Virus record (IMG/VR): IMGVR_UViG_3300017783_000003
Coordinates: 1 to 64,000 of that record
Direction: 5' to 3' (one strand)
Length of the DNA: 64,000 bases
Source of the DNA: a virus
In this document: positions 17,501 through 27,532 of the stretch, one piece after another
Layout of the letters: each line of letters opens with the position of its first letter
Position numbering within the stretch: position 1 is the stretch's first letter
Notes under the pieces: generated by a model
Told to the model about the DNA's origin: nothing
The model's database searches: none
Seen by the model: only the letters and a program-made list of their open reading frames with translations
Made by a program: the position numbers and the translations under genes

Positions 17501-17914
17501 CAATCTGGATCTGTTGCTGGATTATCATTAGAGCAAGATGCCCCACTTGAGCAATACAGTGAGGCACCAGACACAGAAAATGAAGAAATTGAAACCCCTG
17601 ATCCAGCGGAAAAACCTAAAGGTGCTAAACGAACTAGTCGCTCTCGCAGAGAAAATCGTAGAAGTACAAGTTCATCACAACCAACACCACCCGTTTCTAC
17701 TCCACCTAAAAAGGATATGAAGTTTGAACTGGTTAATATGGAAGGTGATTTGGAAGAACAAAGTTTAATTATCTATAATGTTCCTGCTGCTCCAGCAGCA
17801 GCAAAAGAATTGGGTATTGAATTGACTGCTACTGGAATGGGAACAACGTTCTACACTAGAAACAAAGAGTATGATGTTAAGTTGTTAGAAAAACTTCGTC
17901 TAGCATTACAATAA
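14501..17914 (+). CDS. Tape-measure-like virion protein with glycine-zipper segment and M23 peptidase domain
   Basis: Coiled coil, GAxxGG-rich hydrophobic hairpin, HKGRD and HLHFE M23 zinc motifs. Confidence 0.75.
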   Translation: MNYIEPPYEVLDPDQPWYGKGRPGGTAHTSNVWKELHWKLTGKTKPGGGSYVSKVKLSDADADKVIESMKQDTRGYPQFNESGLGFTDYDEALSKYQNWLVEQHLPKNTAIDTRGNGGVSIYKPADKFVDDKKEFSDDTMRAAEDALEETSDQIMDSVDALIKADKDRFEKFKAEEAEKLKQRIEQINTPKEPEQPKIFKEGSFEFKLPPAHYIQGQAGRWEIEFESDIDHAIYFCGKPVAGSGKERGAKQKEALAWLRGIGIPYGDILDHRKKILEAIRYTISIPGAIEEYPYLFVDAVEKSFNVEVEDEEEPEGLDDLLSMISEEGEDPDQDEQEVPGELDSLLAEVKQEAEREQVSEDQSKEVDDILSDMPSSIQEELADLLNKKKEKEPKKKGYTTNTQLLKSITQTLAAVSGQLEQVNKSLIEQNELLQQNIDINLSSLEALRMQDDILTAKFDSLLQAFNAQNDAQDESREKLEDMKSETDLENQRKAAGYETPEDLRGTKKGGRNSRMIRFFKNKLLRKLYRKAPKGLRRMRQRARRIQRIPNRLKTRASNSIVRRLPTSAQRIASGGAASRGSIRGLRSIRGTRVPGLNVALSAWEYSERKKEGQTEEQALIGTGAGVAGGMAGAAAGGKAGAALGAGIGALFGGVGAIPGAAIGGAIGALLGGFAGGSLASGVADQATGANKYETGTKPGTAMLHGTELVVDRDQLDNPYQNAAATILGATMKFVQAMGPAGADVAPLINSEAAPLIRKFGMSNILTSTSVGGGIPTVRFPNEDGKPRGPRFEGMSSDDIEAQLDLPLENNFDKLMKMFDPDGKFLGVLNSLGRVLRNPFMPLETYDGTGVLGDLKGKIVNPMESGELQDYPGAKFGAPRAGGRIHKGRDIIGPPGMKVVASMPGEVTQMYPVGKLASGGWSQGIVVKHENNMVTKYLHVNPGVKVGDKVKAGQKIGTITDTDDISSAPHLHFELLVNGVHVDPDKPGNSILKNAHTLEEIQSGSVAGLSLEQDAPLEQYSEAPDTENEEIETPDPAEKPKGAKRTSRSRRENRRSTSSSQPTPPVSTPPKKDMKFELVNMEGDLEEQSLIIYNVPAAPAAAKELGIELTATGMGTTFYTRNKEYDVKLLEKLRLALQ

Positions 17915-17936
17915 ATACATAGGGGCAGGTAGTCAC

Positions 17937-20288
17937 ATGGCAGCAGGTTTTGAAGTCGCTAAGGATACTAGAGGAGACGCCAATATCCTAGGACAGGGTA
18001 TTGGTACTATTGTCTCTAAAGTTCTTGCTGCAAAGGTACTAGCTAGAAAGGAAAGAGAGTACGCCGAGAGAAAGGCGGACGAACAAGGAATTGATATAGC
18101 ATCTTTTAATGCTATGTTTGGCAGGGGATACTTCTTCAAGAAGGCTCTTGTTGGTGAGATGGGTGGAAATGCCCTAAAGAAAAAGAAGCAAGAATTAGCA
18201 CAAGCATATCGTAAGACTCTTTTAATCGGTAAGATTACAAAAAATCCTCGATTAAGAAAGAAAGTCCTGCGTCAATTAGAAGATTCTGCATTTTATTCTA
18301 AAGGTAAACAAAAAGAATTTAGAAAGCAGTTTGATTATACAGACTACGAAGAGTATTTGGGTGAGGATGAAGCAGTACCATCTACCGCAAAGAAAACAAA
18401 ATCTGCAGTAGAAGGTGGTGGTAGAGGTAAGAGAGTATCTAGAGAACAAATTGCTGAGTCTATCAGTAAGATGGCTGACTCTATCAACAGAGCAGCACAA
18501 GCAATCAGTCAATCATCTGCTTCTGTATATGGAACATTAATTACTGCAAACAGTCTGCAGGCAGATGTTGCTAACGATCTAAAACTTAGAAATGATACTC
18601 TAGAGAATAAACTGCAAAGTTTAATTGATGCTATAAGTAATCAGACCACCGAGCAGAAAAATTATGTTGATAAAACTGAAGACAAAGCATCGGAAGCATC
18701 ACTAGAGAAGAAAGAAGTTGCTGCCGCTGCTGCTGTTGCAGATGATTTAAGAACAGACGAGGATGAGAGTAGAGAGTATAGTACTATTGAGAGTGAGCAG
18801 ATAGATGGTGCTCGACAACCCAAGAGTGCTGAACAGCAGAGAGACGAGCTACGTGAACGCTGGATGCAGGAGAGACCGCCACAGGCGGAGTCTGGTGGCG
18901 TCTTCTCTGGTCCTGACAGTGGATACTTAGTAGAACTGCATGGAAATGAAGCAGTTATACCTATAGACAATAACTACACACAAGGAGAACCAAGTGCTAT
19001 TGATGGTAAGGTAAGACCTAAACCACAATCTTCAGTATTCAATGAAAGTATTAGTAACACTGTATCTAAGATTAATAATCAGGAAAGACAAGAGACTTCT
19101 ACTACTAATTTCAGTAACCAACAAAGTCAAGAGACTTCTATTACTCCTAGGTTCAGTAAAACTGACATGTTTGAAGGTGGCACTGAGATCTCTATGTCTT
19201 CCAATATGGATGGTGGAGATGCCGCACAACCAATAACAGATGTAATGTCCTTGCCATTCACTGCTGTTGGTGGTGGATTAATTGCTGCAAATAGACAGGT
19301 ACTTGATAGTATGGGACCTGATGCTGCTAGGATTGCTCCAAAAGTTAATCAGATGTCTAGAACTATCGCCAGTGTATATGGTGTTCCTGATAGTTTAGCA
19401 AAATCTGTTGAGTCTAGTTCTGCTCCAGAAACAGGAACAGTAGAGAAGAAAGAAGATGTGAAAGAAGATAAAGGAGGATTGCAGAAGATGCTCGAATCTT
19501 TAAAAGGTTCATTTGGTAAATTCTTAGAAATGCTTGGCATGAAGATTAATGATGCCGCTCCAGATCCACGAACACCAGCACCACCAGGAGCATTAGCTAA
19601 AGATTTGGGTAGTTTCATTGGTGAAATTGAATCTGGAAATGATTATACTAAGATGGTTGGTGGAGCGAAAGATGCATCTGTGCTTGGCAAAACTGTAGAT
19701 GAATTGCATACGGAAAAAGGTGGTCAATTTGCTATGGGTCGTTATCAAATTCAAATGAGAACTGCCAAAGGAATTCTTGCTCAAAATAATATTGATTCAT
19801 CTAAATTTAAATTTGATAAAGCAGGTCAAGATCAATTATTCCAAATGTTATTAGAGGGTCGTGGTCTCAGTGACTTTCTCGCAGGTAAGATTACTGAAGA
19901 TGAATTTCTTATGAACCTTTCTATGGAGTGGGCAGCATTACCAAAGAATGCTGGAGGTCTTTCTTACTATGATAAGGATGGTAAGAATAAATCTCACACA
20001 ACATATGAAAAGTCTATTGAACAACTTAGAATGTTAAAGAGTGGGGTCACTCCTCCAAATAGTCCAATGCCTGATTTAGAACCATCAACTGATAGTTCTA
20101 CTAGGTTATCTAATGCAGAACAAATTTCCCAAAGGGCACGTCAACAAAGAACCAGTGTTGTAACGTTAAATAGTAGTGGTGATACTCAACAACCACCATC
20201 TGCTGGTGCTGCCGATACTCCTGGTGAAGCATCTCAGATTAGGAGAGGATTAAATCCACTCGATAATTCAGGAATTTATGTAGGTTAA
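17937..20288 (+). CDS. Tape-measure-like virion protein with lysozyme-like domain
   Basis: Coiled coil; ESGNDY...AMGRYQI...QDQL...EWAALP...SYY; late promoter ATAAATA at 17911. Confidence 0.72.
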   Translation: MAAGFEVAKDTRGDANILGQGIGTIVSKVLAAKVLARKEREYAERKADEQGIDIASFNAMFGRGYFFKKALVGEMGGNALKKKKQELAQAYRKTLLIGKITKNPRLRKKVLRQLEDSAFYSKGKQKEFRKQFDYTDYEEYLGEDEAVPSTAKKTKSAVEGGGRGKRVSREQIAESISKMADSINRAAQAISQSSASVYGTLITANSLQADVANDLKLRNDTLENKLQSLIDAISNQTTEQKNYVDKTEDKASEASLEKKEVAAAAAVADDLRTDEDESREYSTIESEQIDGARQPKSAEQQRDELRERWMQERPPQAESGGVFSGPDSGYLVELHGNEAVIPIDNNYTQGEPSAIDGKVRPKPQSSVFNESISNTVSKINNQERQETSTTNFSNQQSQETSITPRFSKTDMFEGGTEISMSSNMDGGDAAQPITDVMSLPFTAVGGGLIAANRQVLDSMGPDAARIAPKVNQMSRTIASVYGVPDSLAKSVESSSAPETGTVEKKEDVKEDKGGLQKMLESLKGSFGKFLEMLGMKINDAAPDPRTPAPPGALAKDLGSFIGEIESGNDYTKMVGGAKDASVLGKTVDELHTEKGGQFAMGRYQIQMRTAKGILAQNNIDSSKFKFDKAGQDQLFQMLLEGRGLSDFLAGKITEDEFLMNLSMEWAALPKNAGGLSYYDKDGKNKSHTTYEKSIEQLRMLKSGVTPPNSPMPDLEPSTDSSTRLSNAEQISQRARQQRTSVVTLNSSGDTQQPPSAGAADTPGEASQIRRGLNPLDNSGIYVG

Positions 20289-21700
20289 TGTCTTTTCCAT
20301 ACGCCGCTAGTTTTAAATTAAACTCTGTTGCCATCACTCCTGTTGGAGCAACTGAGGCAGATCTTATCACAGACCTTGTGATGAGACTAGATTACTTTGA
20401 GGATATTAAGTATCCTTCTGTCGCTGCTAAGATGTTGATCCAAGATAATGCGAACAACATGATCGCATCGATGCCTATCCAAGGATATGAGAAGGTAACG
20501 ATTAAACTACAATCATCAGATCAGGTAGATCATGAGTATAACTTTAGAATCTATAAGGTAGAGAATAGAACTAGCACGGAGAGAATGCAAATCTATGAAC
20601 TAGGTCTAGTATCTGATGAGGCACTGGTGAACGAGGCGACGAGAGTTGCTAAAACACTACGTGGTAAACCAGATGCAATTGTAAAAGAAATTCTAAAAAC
20701 CTATATCAGTACAGAGAAAGAAATTTTTACTGATAAGTCTGTCTATAATATTATCTTCCAACCAGGGAAGAAGACGCCATTCTCTATCATCAATAGTCTC
20801 AAATCCAAGTCTGTGCCAGAAGGTACGTCAGTGAAAGCTAAGAAAAAACCATCTGATAAATCTAATAGCACATCCAAGTCTGATGTAGCATCGACAGATA
20901 AGTCGGACTATAATACATCAGGTGGTACAGCAGGTTATTTCTTCTATGAAAATGCCTCTGGATATCATTTTAAATCTATTGATGGTCTTTGTTCCGTTGA
21001 TAACTTCAATGGCACAGAACCTGTAGCAAAATACTATCAAGATAGAGAAGATTCTAGTAGTTCAGGACCAGAAAGAAAGATTGGATCAATCTCTTATGAG
21101 CATGAGATTGATATTATGAGTAAGTTGAGACTTGGTGCTTATTCATCTTTGATTGCGTTCTATAACTTTTCCACAGGAGCATATGAAGAGCATGTGTATT
21201 CATTAGCAGATGAATACGAAAACCTAGGACACATGGGATCTCAAGGTGGTCTTCCCGCAGGACAGAAAGAGTTGTCTCAGTATCCTACAAGAGTCATGAG
21301 TGTCTTACTTGATCATGAGACATGGTTTAATGGTGCTGCAGTTGCTTCGCCAGAAGAAAAGGATGGCGCTGATGGAGACACAGCAGACTTCCCAGACTTC
21401 CAGAAACATTACATCTCACAGTCTATTTCTAGACTCAACTCGTTAGAGAATCAAAAACTAAGAATCTCAGTTCCAGGTAATCCTAGTTTAATGGTTGGAG
21501 ATAAGATTGAGATCTTAATTCCTAATCAGATTCCAACTAGGGATAGAACAGAACAATCTTATGATGATGAACATAGTGGTGTGTATTTGATCTCTCAAGT
21601 AAACCATGCCTTCAGTCCAAAAGAAGAAAAATCTACATCACACCTAACTTTGATTAGGGATTCGTATGGAAGAAAAGAAAGTGCATCCAAAGTTAAATAA
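20288..21700 (+). CDS. Baseplate hub protein (gp27-like)
   Basis: YFEDI..PSV, PIQGYEKV, GYFFYEN..GYHFKSID.L, VPGN..L.VGD.I, SGVYLI..VNH, LIRDSYG. Confidence 0.72.
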   Translation: MSFPYAASFKLNSVAITPVGATEADLITDLVMRLDYFEDIKYPSVAAKMLIQDNANNMIASMPIQGYEKVTIKLQSSDQVDHEYNFRIYKVENRTSTERMQIYELGLVSDEALVNEATRVAKTLRGKPDAIVKEILKTYISTEKEIFTDKSVYNIIFQPGKKTPFSIINSLKSKSVPEGTSVKAKKKPSDKSNSTSKSDVASTDKSDYNTSGGTAGYFFYENASGYHFKSIDGLCSVDNFNGTEPVAKYYQDREDSSSSGPERKIGSISYEHEIDIMSKLRLGAYSSLIAFYNFSTGAYEEHVYSLADEYENLGHMGSQGGLPAGQKELSQYPTRVMSVLLDHETWFNGAAVASPEEKDGADGDTADFPDFQKHYISQSISRLNSLENQKLRISVPGNPSLMVGDKIEILIPNQIPTRDRTEQSYDDEHSGVYLISQVNHAFSPKEEKSTSHLTLIRDSYGRKESASKVK

Positions 21701-21723
21701 ATACATCGTAAAGACTCTTTGAT

Positions 21724-24700
21724 ATGGATCCAGTATTATCGTCACTATTTCCTGTACATCAAATTGGTTCGGATGGATTTAATTGGTGGGTAGGACAAAT
21801 TGAATCCAAAAAAGGGGATGATCCTAAGAACTCTGGTAGATATCGTGTTCGTATTGTAGGTCATCATCTGAAAGATTGTGATGCAACTCCTACAGAAGAG
21901 TTACCGTGGGCAAATGTAATGATGCCCGTGACCACACCATTCAGTGATGGTGGCGTTACTGGTTCATCTGTTAATATAGAGCAGGGTAACTGGGTTATTG
22001 GTTTCTACTTAGATAATGATAAACAGAAACCAATCATCATGGGATCGATTGGTCACACTGCTGGTGCTACTTTAGTTAAGAATGTAGAGAAAGATCCTTC
22101 TCCTGGCAGTACATGTAAACAGTTCACCACGTATTTGTCCCCTAACAGGAATCCATATAAGCACGAACCCATTGCAGAGGAAGATAAACTCTACGGTGAA
22201 ACTGAAGACGAAGCTACGGAAGGTGCTACTAAACCAGGGCAGGCTGGTCTTCCTACTAATGCAGTAAAGGGTAAACCATCAGCAAGTTTTGTTGCATTAT
22301 TTGCAGAAAATACAGCAACAAATCCAAATGGTTCTAAGATCTGTGTTGATATTGCTGATCCTAAGTGTGGTGCTGAGAATGACTTCCAAGGTAGACTAAA
22401 GACTATTGTTGGTGAAATGCTTTCTGCGAATCAGCAATCTGGTGGTCAGTTAGGTAGTTATTATGTGAGTAAAGTTAATGGTGCTCTCAGTCCCTATGTC
22501 AGTGAAGGCAGACGCCATATTAATAGAGCAGTTAGACTTGTCAAGAGTTTAATTGCTAGAATCAAAGGTGAGATCGTTACCAAGATCCGTGAGGGTGTAG
22601 ACTTTTTAGTACAGAATGCACTCACCACAGAAAAAGCAACGACAGATGCTCTTGGGAATACTAACACTGGACCAGTTAATCCTGATCTAGGAATCAAACC
22701 ATTCACACCCGTCACTAAGAGAGAATCTAGACTAAAACCAATTCAGGAATTTCTAGACAATACTTTAGGAGAACTTGGATGTAGCATTGAAGATATTACA
22801 GATAGAATTGCTAGGTTCTTGACAGATATTTTAATGAAGTATTTGATGGAAGCATTTCAAAATGCTGCCTGTCTGATTGATAATCTAGTCAATGGTATTA
22901 TTAATGAAATTGCAGGTCTTCTACAAGAGTTAATCAACGCTGTCCTTGGTCCACTTCAGAAAATCCTAGAGACTTTAGCAGCACCACTTAATCTAATTGG
23001 TGGAGCAATCAACTCCGTATTTAAACTTCTGGGTATTTCATGTGATGGTCCTGGTCCCCAGTGTCAAAAGGTGAAGAAAGAATGTACTGATTGTGGCAAT
23101 GAAGATGAAGATGATTGGTTAGATAAACTTCTGGCGCAAATTGAAGATGGTCCTTTAGCAGCAGATAGTGTGTGTTCTGATTCTAAACAGAACGTGGGAG
23201 CTGAAGATACTCAGGTGTTCTCTGTTGGTGGAATTTTCAAACCAAGACCTGATGGTTACATTCCTGGTTCTACGAGCCCAAACAGTATAACAAACAGTAT
23301 TACCTATGAATGTTCTGACATTACTGTAACTGAAGGATATAATGCTGTCTTTAAAGTCACTAGAGGAGGTAACATTACTTATTCATCTAGCATTTCTTAC
23401 AATATTGTAGATCTTGAGGCTACATTCAATGAAGACTATACTGGTGAGAGTGGTGGTATCATTGGTTTTGCTCCAGGAGAGACTGAGAAAGAAGTTATAT
23501 TCAGAACATTGAGAGATGATATTAGTGAAGGTGATGAAAGATTCTTATTTAGATTTACTCAAGGCATTGTTCCAGAAGGAGTACGTGCTAGATTCTTAGG
23601 TGGCACTACATTTGTTTGTACTATTGGAGATTTTAATTTACAAGGTGGTGGTGTTCTTGGACCATCAGTTCCACCTGATTCTTCTAATGTTTCTATTACT
23701 CCAATTATTCCTGGTGAGTTGGGTGGAGCAACTAATCCTCCCTCACAAACATTCAGAATTTCATCTGACAAATCTTACTATTACAATGGAGAAATAGTTT
23801 ACTTTGATATTTACACTACCAATGTAGAAGATGGAACTGAACTGCCTTATTCATTAGATGGATCTATTGATGAGAACGATATCGTAGGTGATATGAGTGG
23901 AACAATCCTCATCAACAATAATATTGGTGAGTTGGAAGTACAATTAGTAGATGATAATGATGGCGTTGAAGTTCTTACATTAGATTTAATAAACACGCCA
24001 GCATCTAAATCAGTTGCTATTGTTCAGGATGAAACTCCAACGTTTAGTGTTACTGCAGATAAAAATACAGTTGCTGAAGGTGAGAGAGTAACTTTCACTA
24101 TTAGAACTAGAAACGTTCCTGATAGAACAGTAGTTAGTTACACAATAACTGGAGATGTTTCTGCTAGAGATATTCTTGATGGTAGAGTTACTGGTGGATT
24201 TGTCGTCAAAAATAACACCGCACAAGTTGTTGTAGATATTACCGAAGATGGTGAGATAGAAGATGCTGAATTACTAACCTTTAATATCACCAACACTACA
24301 GCATCTGCTGATGTTATTATTGCACCAGCAGAGATCGCAGCACAAGCAGAAGATGTCACTTCAGTTTCTGTAACTACAGACAAACTAGAGTATAAAGAAG
24401 GTGAAACTATTACTTACACGGTTACAACAGAGAATATATCTAATGGTACTATACTAAACTATGGTATGTTTGGCACCAATATTACTCCAAGTGATATTGT
24501 TGGCGGAGAACTGTACGGATCCTTCATAATTCTTGACAACCAAGCAAAGATTTATATTGGACTAGAGGATGATGGCACATTAGAGAGTAACGAAACACTT
24601 TCTTTTAAAATCATCAACACAAATGCCTCGGCAGATGTTATAATTACATCAGCAGAACCAGTACCTCCAATTGATGATGAACCAATTACGGATCCTTGTT

Positions 24701-25230
24701 TGGACGCTCCCATCTTCGGTACACCCATTACTGATGAGAACGGATCTATTATTAGTGTCCCCATTATTGATTCTCCTTGTCCTTACCAAGAACCGCCACG
24801 TATTATTATCACTGGCAACGGTATTGGTTCTTCTGCTATCCCACTTTTGAATGATAAAGGATATGTTTCTGAAGTAAGAGTAACAAGAACTGGTGTAAAC
24901 TATAAGAAGAACAAACCCGAGGGTTTGATGTGTGTTATTGACTCATTCACTCTACTAAATCCTGGTAGAGGATATACAGATGAACCAGAAGTGTTCATTA
25001 ATGGTCAACCTAACCTTGCTGAAGCGAAGGTAAATAGTGATGGATATGTATATAGCGTACAAATCCTAGATAGATCACTAGAATTTTATGAGATTCCAGA
25101 GATTGTCATCCAAGGTGGTGGCGGATCTGGTGCTAGAGTTCTTCCGAGTATCATCTGTAAGGATGCTACAGAACTTGAGCGACTTGGATACGCTAAGATC
25201 GGAACAGGTAAGTATATTGATTGCCCATAA
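21724..25230 (+). CDS. gp5: Baseplate hub/spike gp5 N-terminal part with Calx-beta/Ig-like repeats
   Basis: GF.WWVGQIE, RYRVRIVGHH, LPWA.VMMPVT, WVIGFYLD..KQKPIIMGSI OB-fold; GFAPGETEK..DDISEGDERF Calx-beta; ends IDCP. Confidence 0.85.
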   Translation: MDPVLSSLFPVHQIGSDGFNWWVGQIESKKGDDPKNSGRYRVRIVGHHLKDCDATPTEELPWANVMMPVTTPFSDGGVTGSSVNIEQGNWVIGFYLDNDKQKPIIMGSIGHTAGATLVKNVEKDPSPGSTCKQFTTYLSPNRNPYKHEPIAEEDKLYGETEDEATEGATKPGQAGLPTNAVKGKPSASFVALFAENTATNPNGSKICVDIADPKCGAENDFQGRLKTIVGEMLSANQQSGGQLGSYYVSKVNGALSPYVSEGRRHINRAVRLVKSLIARIKGEIVTKIREGVDFLVQNALTTEKATTDALGNTNTGPVNPDLGIKPFTPVTKRESRLKPIQEFLDNTLGELGCSIEDITDRIARFLTDILMKYLMEAFQNAACLIDNLVNGIINEIAGLLQELINAVLGPLQKILETLAAPLNLIGGAINSVFKLLGISCDGPGPQCQKVKKECTDCGNEDEDDWLDKLLAQIEDGPLAADSVCSDSKQNVGAEDTQVFSVGGIFKPRPDGYIPGSTSPNSITNSITYECSDITVTEGYNAVFKVTRGGNITYSSSISYNIVDLEATFNEDYTGESGGIIGFAPGETEKEVIFRTLRDDISEGDERFLFRFTQGIVPEGVRARFLGGTTFVCTIGDFNLQGGGVLGPSVPPDSSNVSITPIIPGELGGATNPPSQTFRISSDKSYYYNGEIVYFDIYTTNVEDGTELPYSLDGSIDENDIVGDMSGTILINNNIGELEVQLVDDNDGVEVLTLDLINTPASKSVAIVQDETPTFSVTADKNTVAEGERVTFTIRTRNVPDRTVVSYTITGDVSARDILDGRVTGGFVVKNNTAQVVVDITEDGEIEDAELLTFNITNTTASADVIIAPAEIAAQAEDVTSVSVTTDKLEYKEGETITYTVTTENISNGTILNYGMFGTNITPSDIVGGELYGSFIILDNQAKIYIGLEDDGTLESNETLSFKIINTNASADVIITSAEPVPPIDDEPITDPCLDAPIFGTPITDENGSIISVPIIDSPCPYQEPPRIIITGNGIGSSAIPLLNDKGYVSEVRVTRTGVNYKKNKPEGLMCVIDSFTLLNPGRGYTDEPEVFINGQPNLAEAKVNSDGYVYSVQILDRSLEFYEIPEIVIQGGGGSGARVLPSIICKDATELERLGYAKIGTGKYIDCP

Positions 25231-26567
25231 TGTCATTAACTAATAAACCCCTATCAGAAGAGAGACAGGAACAGACAAAAGGACCTGTTCCTAAAGGTGA
25301 AGGAGACTATACTGGTCTCTATGGTGCTCCACCAGTAGAAGCATTCACAGAATTTGGTGATGTTTCTTTTGTCAACTATAAATTTGAAGATGGATCAAAT
25401 GGATTTGCTATTTACTCTGCTGAGTGGGCGTTTCATGTAGACAATACAAATAATTTCATCTTCACTGCAGCACCACCATCTCAGGGTGGATGTGGTGGAA
25501 AAATGATCCAGAAATCCGAAGCAGAAGTGCATAAGACAGGATCGATTAGTACACATGTTACAGGTAGAGCAGATGATGGTGTTACTAAATCATCTGCTAA
25601 AGATGGTAACATAGAGGAAGATAAATTACCTGCATACTCACTTAAAGTAGAAGGAGATGTTCTGATTGAATGTGTCGGTGGTGATGCTTTTATTAAAGGT
25701 GATAGTATCACTCTTAATGCACTGAGTACACTCAACCTAAAATCTGGTAAAGATATTAATATCGAAGCAGGTAAAGGTAGCGGAGCACTCAACATCAATG
25801 CTGGTAAAGTTAAGATGGATGCTGCGTTCTTTGATAAAAAGATAAGTGGTAGAGAATCTACTGAAGGTGCTGGTGAAGTTGATGTTGAACAAACAAAACC
25901 AGGATCATCTACAAATATTAGTACTACTGGTAGTGTAAATTACACTGTCAATGGAGATTATACTCTTGGTGTTAAAAATGATTTCAAAACTATTGTCAAT
26001 GGAGATTATTCTTTACAAGTAGATAAAGATTCTGCCACCAAAGTCACTGGAAATTATTCCATGATTGTTGAAGGTAAAGCAAAGAATATATTCAGGGGTG
26101 TGTCTAAGACATCTAGTCAGCAAGAGTCTTACATTTTAGAGATTGGTCCTGCCAAAAAGAAAATCCCAGCATACAAGATTGACTCTGCTGGTGCTGTTAG
26201 AATTGAAACTCTTACTGATGGTTTGGAAGTATCAACTGCCAAAGGAATTAATACATTATCATTAAGTGAAGAAGATTTCTCCGTTGTCATTGGCAAGAAA
26301 ATGGGATCGATTAATGTCAACCAGAAACTTGCTACTATGTCATGGATGGAGCAGGCTACAGTCACTGCTGGACCAGACAAGGCAGAGATTAGTTACACAG
26401 GAAATACAGTCGCTACAACGACAACTGGTGCCACTATGGAAGCATCAGGTGGAGCACAGAAGGTTGAGGTCAACACAGCACAAACTGTCATCACTGGTGG
26501 GTCAGGGAACATCACTGCAGACACTGCTGGCGTCAGAATTACGGGTACTGCAATCTACCTGAATTGA
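25230..26567 (+). CDS. gp5 C-terminal beta-helix spike protein
   Basis: VNGDYTLGVKNDFKTIVNGDYSLQVDKD 8-residue repeats; ends ITGTAIYLN. Confidence 0.75.
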   Translation: MSLTNKPLSEERQEQTKGPVPKGEGDYTGLYGAPPVEAFTEFGDVSFVNYKFEDGSNGFAIYSAEWAFHVDNTNNFIFTAAPPSQGGCGGKMIQKSEAEVHKTGSISTHVTGRADDGVTKSSAKDGNIEEDKLPAYSLKVEGDVLIECVGGDAFIKGDSITLNALSTLNLKSGKDINIEAGKGSGALNINAGKVKMDAAFFDKKISGRESTEGAGEVDVEQTKPGSSTNISTTGSVNYTVNGDYTLGVKNDFKTIVNGDYSLQVDKDSATKVTGNYSMIVEGKAKNIFRGVSKTSSQQESYILEIGPAKKKIPAYKIDSAGAVRIETLTDGLEVSTAKGINTLSLSEEDFSVVIGKKMGSINVNQKLATMSWMEQATVTAGPDKAEISYTGNTVATTTTGATMEASGGAQKVEVNTAQTVITGGSGNITADTAGVRITGTAIYLN

Positions 26568-26592
26568 CAGGACAAAGAACCTGTGCTATAAT
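26564..26592 (+). promoter_or_regulatory. Sigma70-type promoter of the tRNA islet
   Basis: TTGACA-17-TATAAT with an extended TG. Confidence 0.85.
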
Positions 26593-26604
26593 TGGTGTTC
26601 ACTT

Positions 26605-26689
26605 GCGAGTGTGGTGAAATTGGTAAACACACCAGACTTAAAATCTGTCGGATGTAACGTCCTTGCGGGTTCAAGTCCCGCCACTCGTA
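26605..26689 (+). tRNA. trnL: tRNA-Leu(TAA), no encoded CCA
   Basis: Acceptor GCGAGTG/CACTCGT, anticodon loop CTTAAAA, long variable arm, GGTTCAAGTCC T arm. Confidence 0.92.
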
Positions 26690-26690
26690 T

Positions 26691-27233
26691 ATGAAAATTA
26701 TCTTTCCCACACATTTCTATTGGATTTTTGACGTTCCAAACTTCAAAGAAGTTCTGGACTACTGTGACAAACAAACTAATTATTCTGACACCCCTTCCTG
26801 GGCATCAATGTGCAACATTCGCACTATTAGTTTAGACATTAACGAACTATTTCCTATTATCGAACCATCAGTAACCTTATTTTTGGATGAGATGAAAGAA
26901 GATGTAGAGTTGTTGCCTACTAAAGAACCATGGTTGAATTTTTATGAGCGTGGAGGACACCAAGAAATCCACGATCATCCATCAGATATTGTCAGCGTCA
27001 TGTTCTTGAATGATGGAAAGAATTTTTCAGAATTTTTCTTTTATAATAGACATGGAAGAGATTTGAATGATGCTTGGAGAGATTCTAGTAAATTCTCCCT
27101 ACATACTACATGGTCTCCAGAAATAACTGCTGGTCAGATTATTTTTTTCCCTGGACACATGCTTCATGGAGTTACACAACATGATAATGATACAATAAGA
27201 AAAACTTTGGCGTGTAACTTCACAATTAAATGA
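26691..27233 (+). CDS. Putative 2OG-Fe(II) oxygenase
   Basis: IFPT start, WLNFY..GGHQEIHDH, GQIIFFPGHMLHGV, RKTLACN. Confidence 0.82.
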   Translation: MKIIFPTHFYWIFDVPNFKEVLDYCDKQTNYSDTPSWASMCNIRTISLDINELFPIIEPSVTLFLDEMKEDVELLPTKEPWLNFYERGGHQEIHDHPSDIVSVMFLNDGKNFSEFFFYNRHGRDLNDAWRDSSKFSLHTTWSPEITAGQIIFFPGHMLHGVTQHDNDTIRKTLACNFTIK

Positions 27234-27532
27234 TAAATACACAGTGTTGGTTCGATAACATGAAGGACAAATATCAACTGACTCAGGGTTATCGTTTTTA
27301 TGAGGGGCATATTGTACTTATGTACTTCATTCAAGGTATGCCTTATACATTTGATGATCTTAATCAACTTATACAGGATCACCCGTCAGTACAAACAGAA
27401 GCATTAGAACATCGAGATTTTGATGATACTGATTTGTACAAAACGTCCTCATATCTTGTCAGTGAAGAGGTGCATCCATTAATGTTTGAGTTACATGTAG
27501 ACAATCCCGAACTATTACCAAAAGATGATTGA
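27230..27532 (+). CDS. Hypothetical cyanophage protein
   Basis: IVLMYFIQG.PYTFD, SSYL..EE.HPLMFEL..DNPELLP motifs. Confidence 0.7.
   Translation: MINTQCWFDNMKDKYQLTQGYRFYEGHIVLMYFIQGMPYTFDDLNQLIQDHPSVQTEALEHRDFDDTDLYKTSSYLVSEEVHPLMFELHVDNPELLPKDD

Noticed and set aside
25200-25240. Programmed frameshift joining the two gp5 parts
   Set aside because: A clean TAATG stop/start coupling after the IDCP terminus with no slippery sequence; better explained as two genes.
26605-26689. Group I intron in tRNA-Leu(TAA)
   Set aside because: The anticodon loop is uninterrupted.
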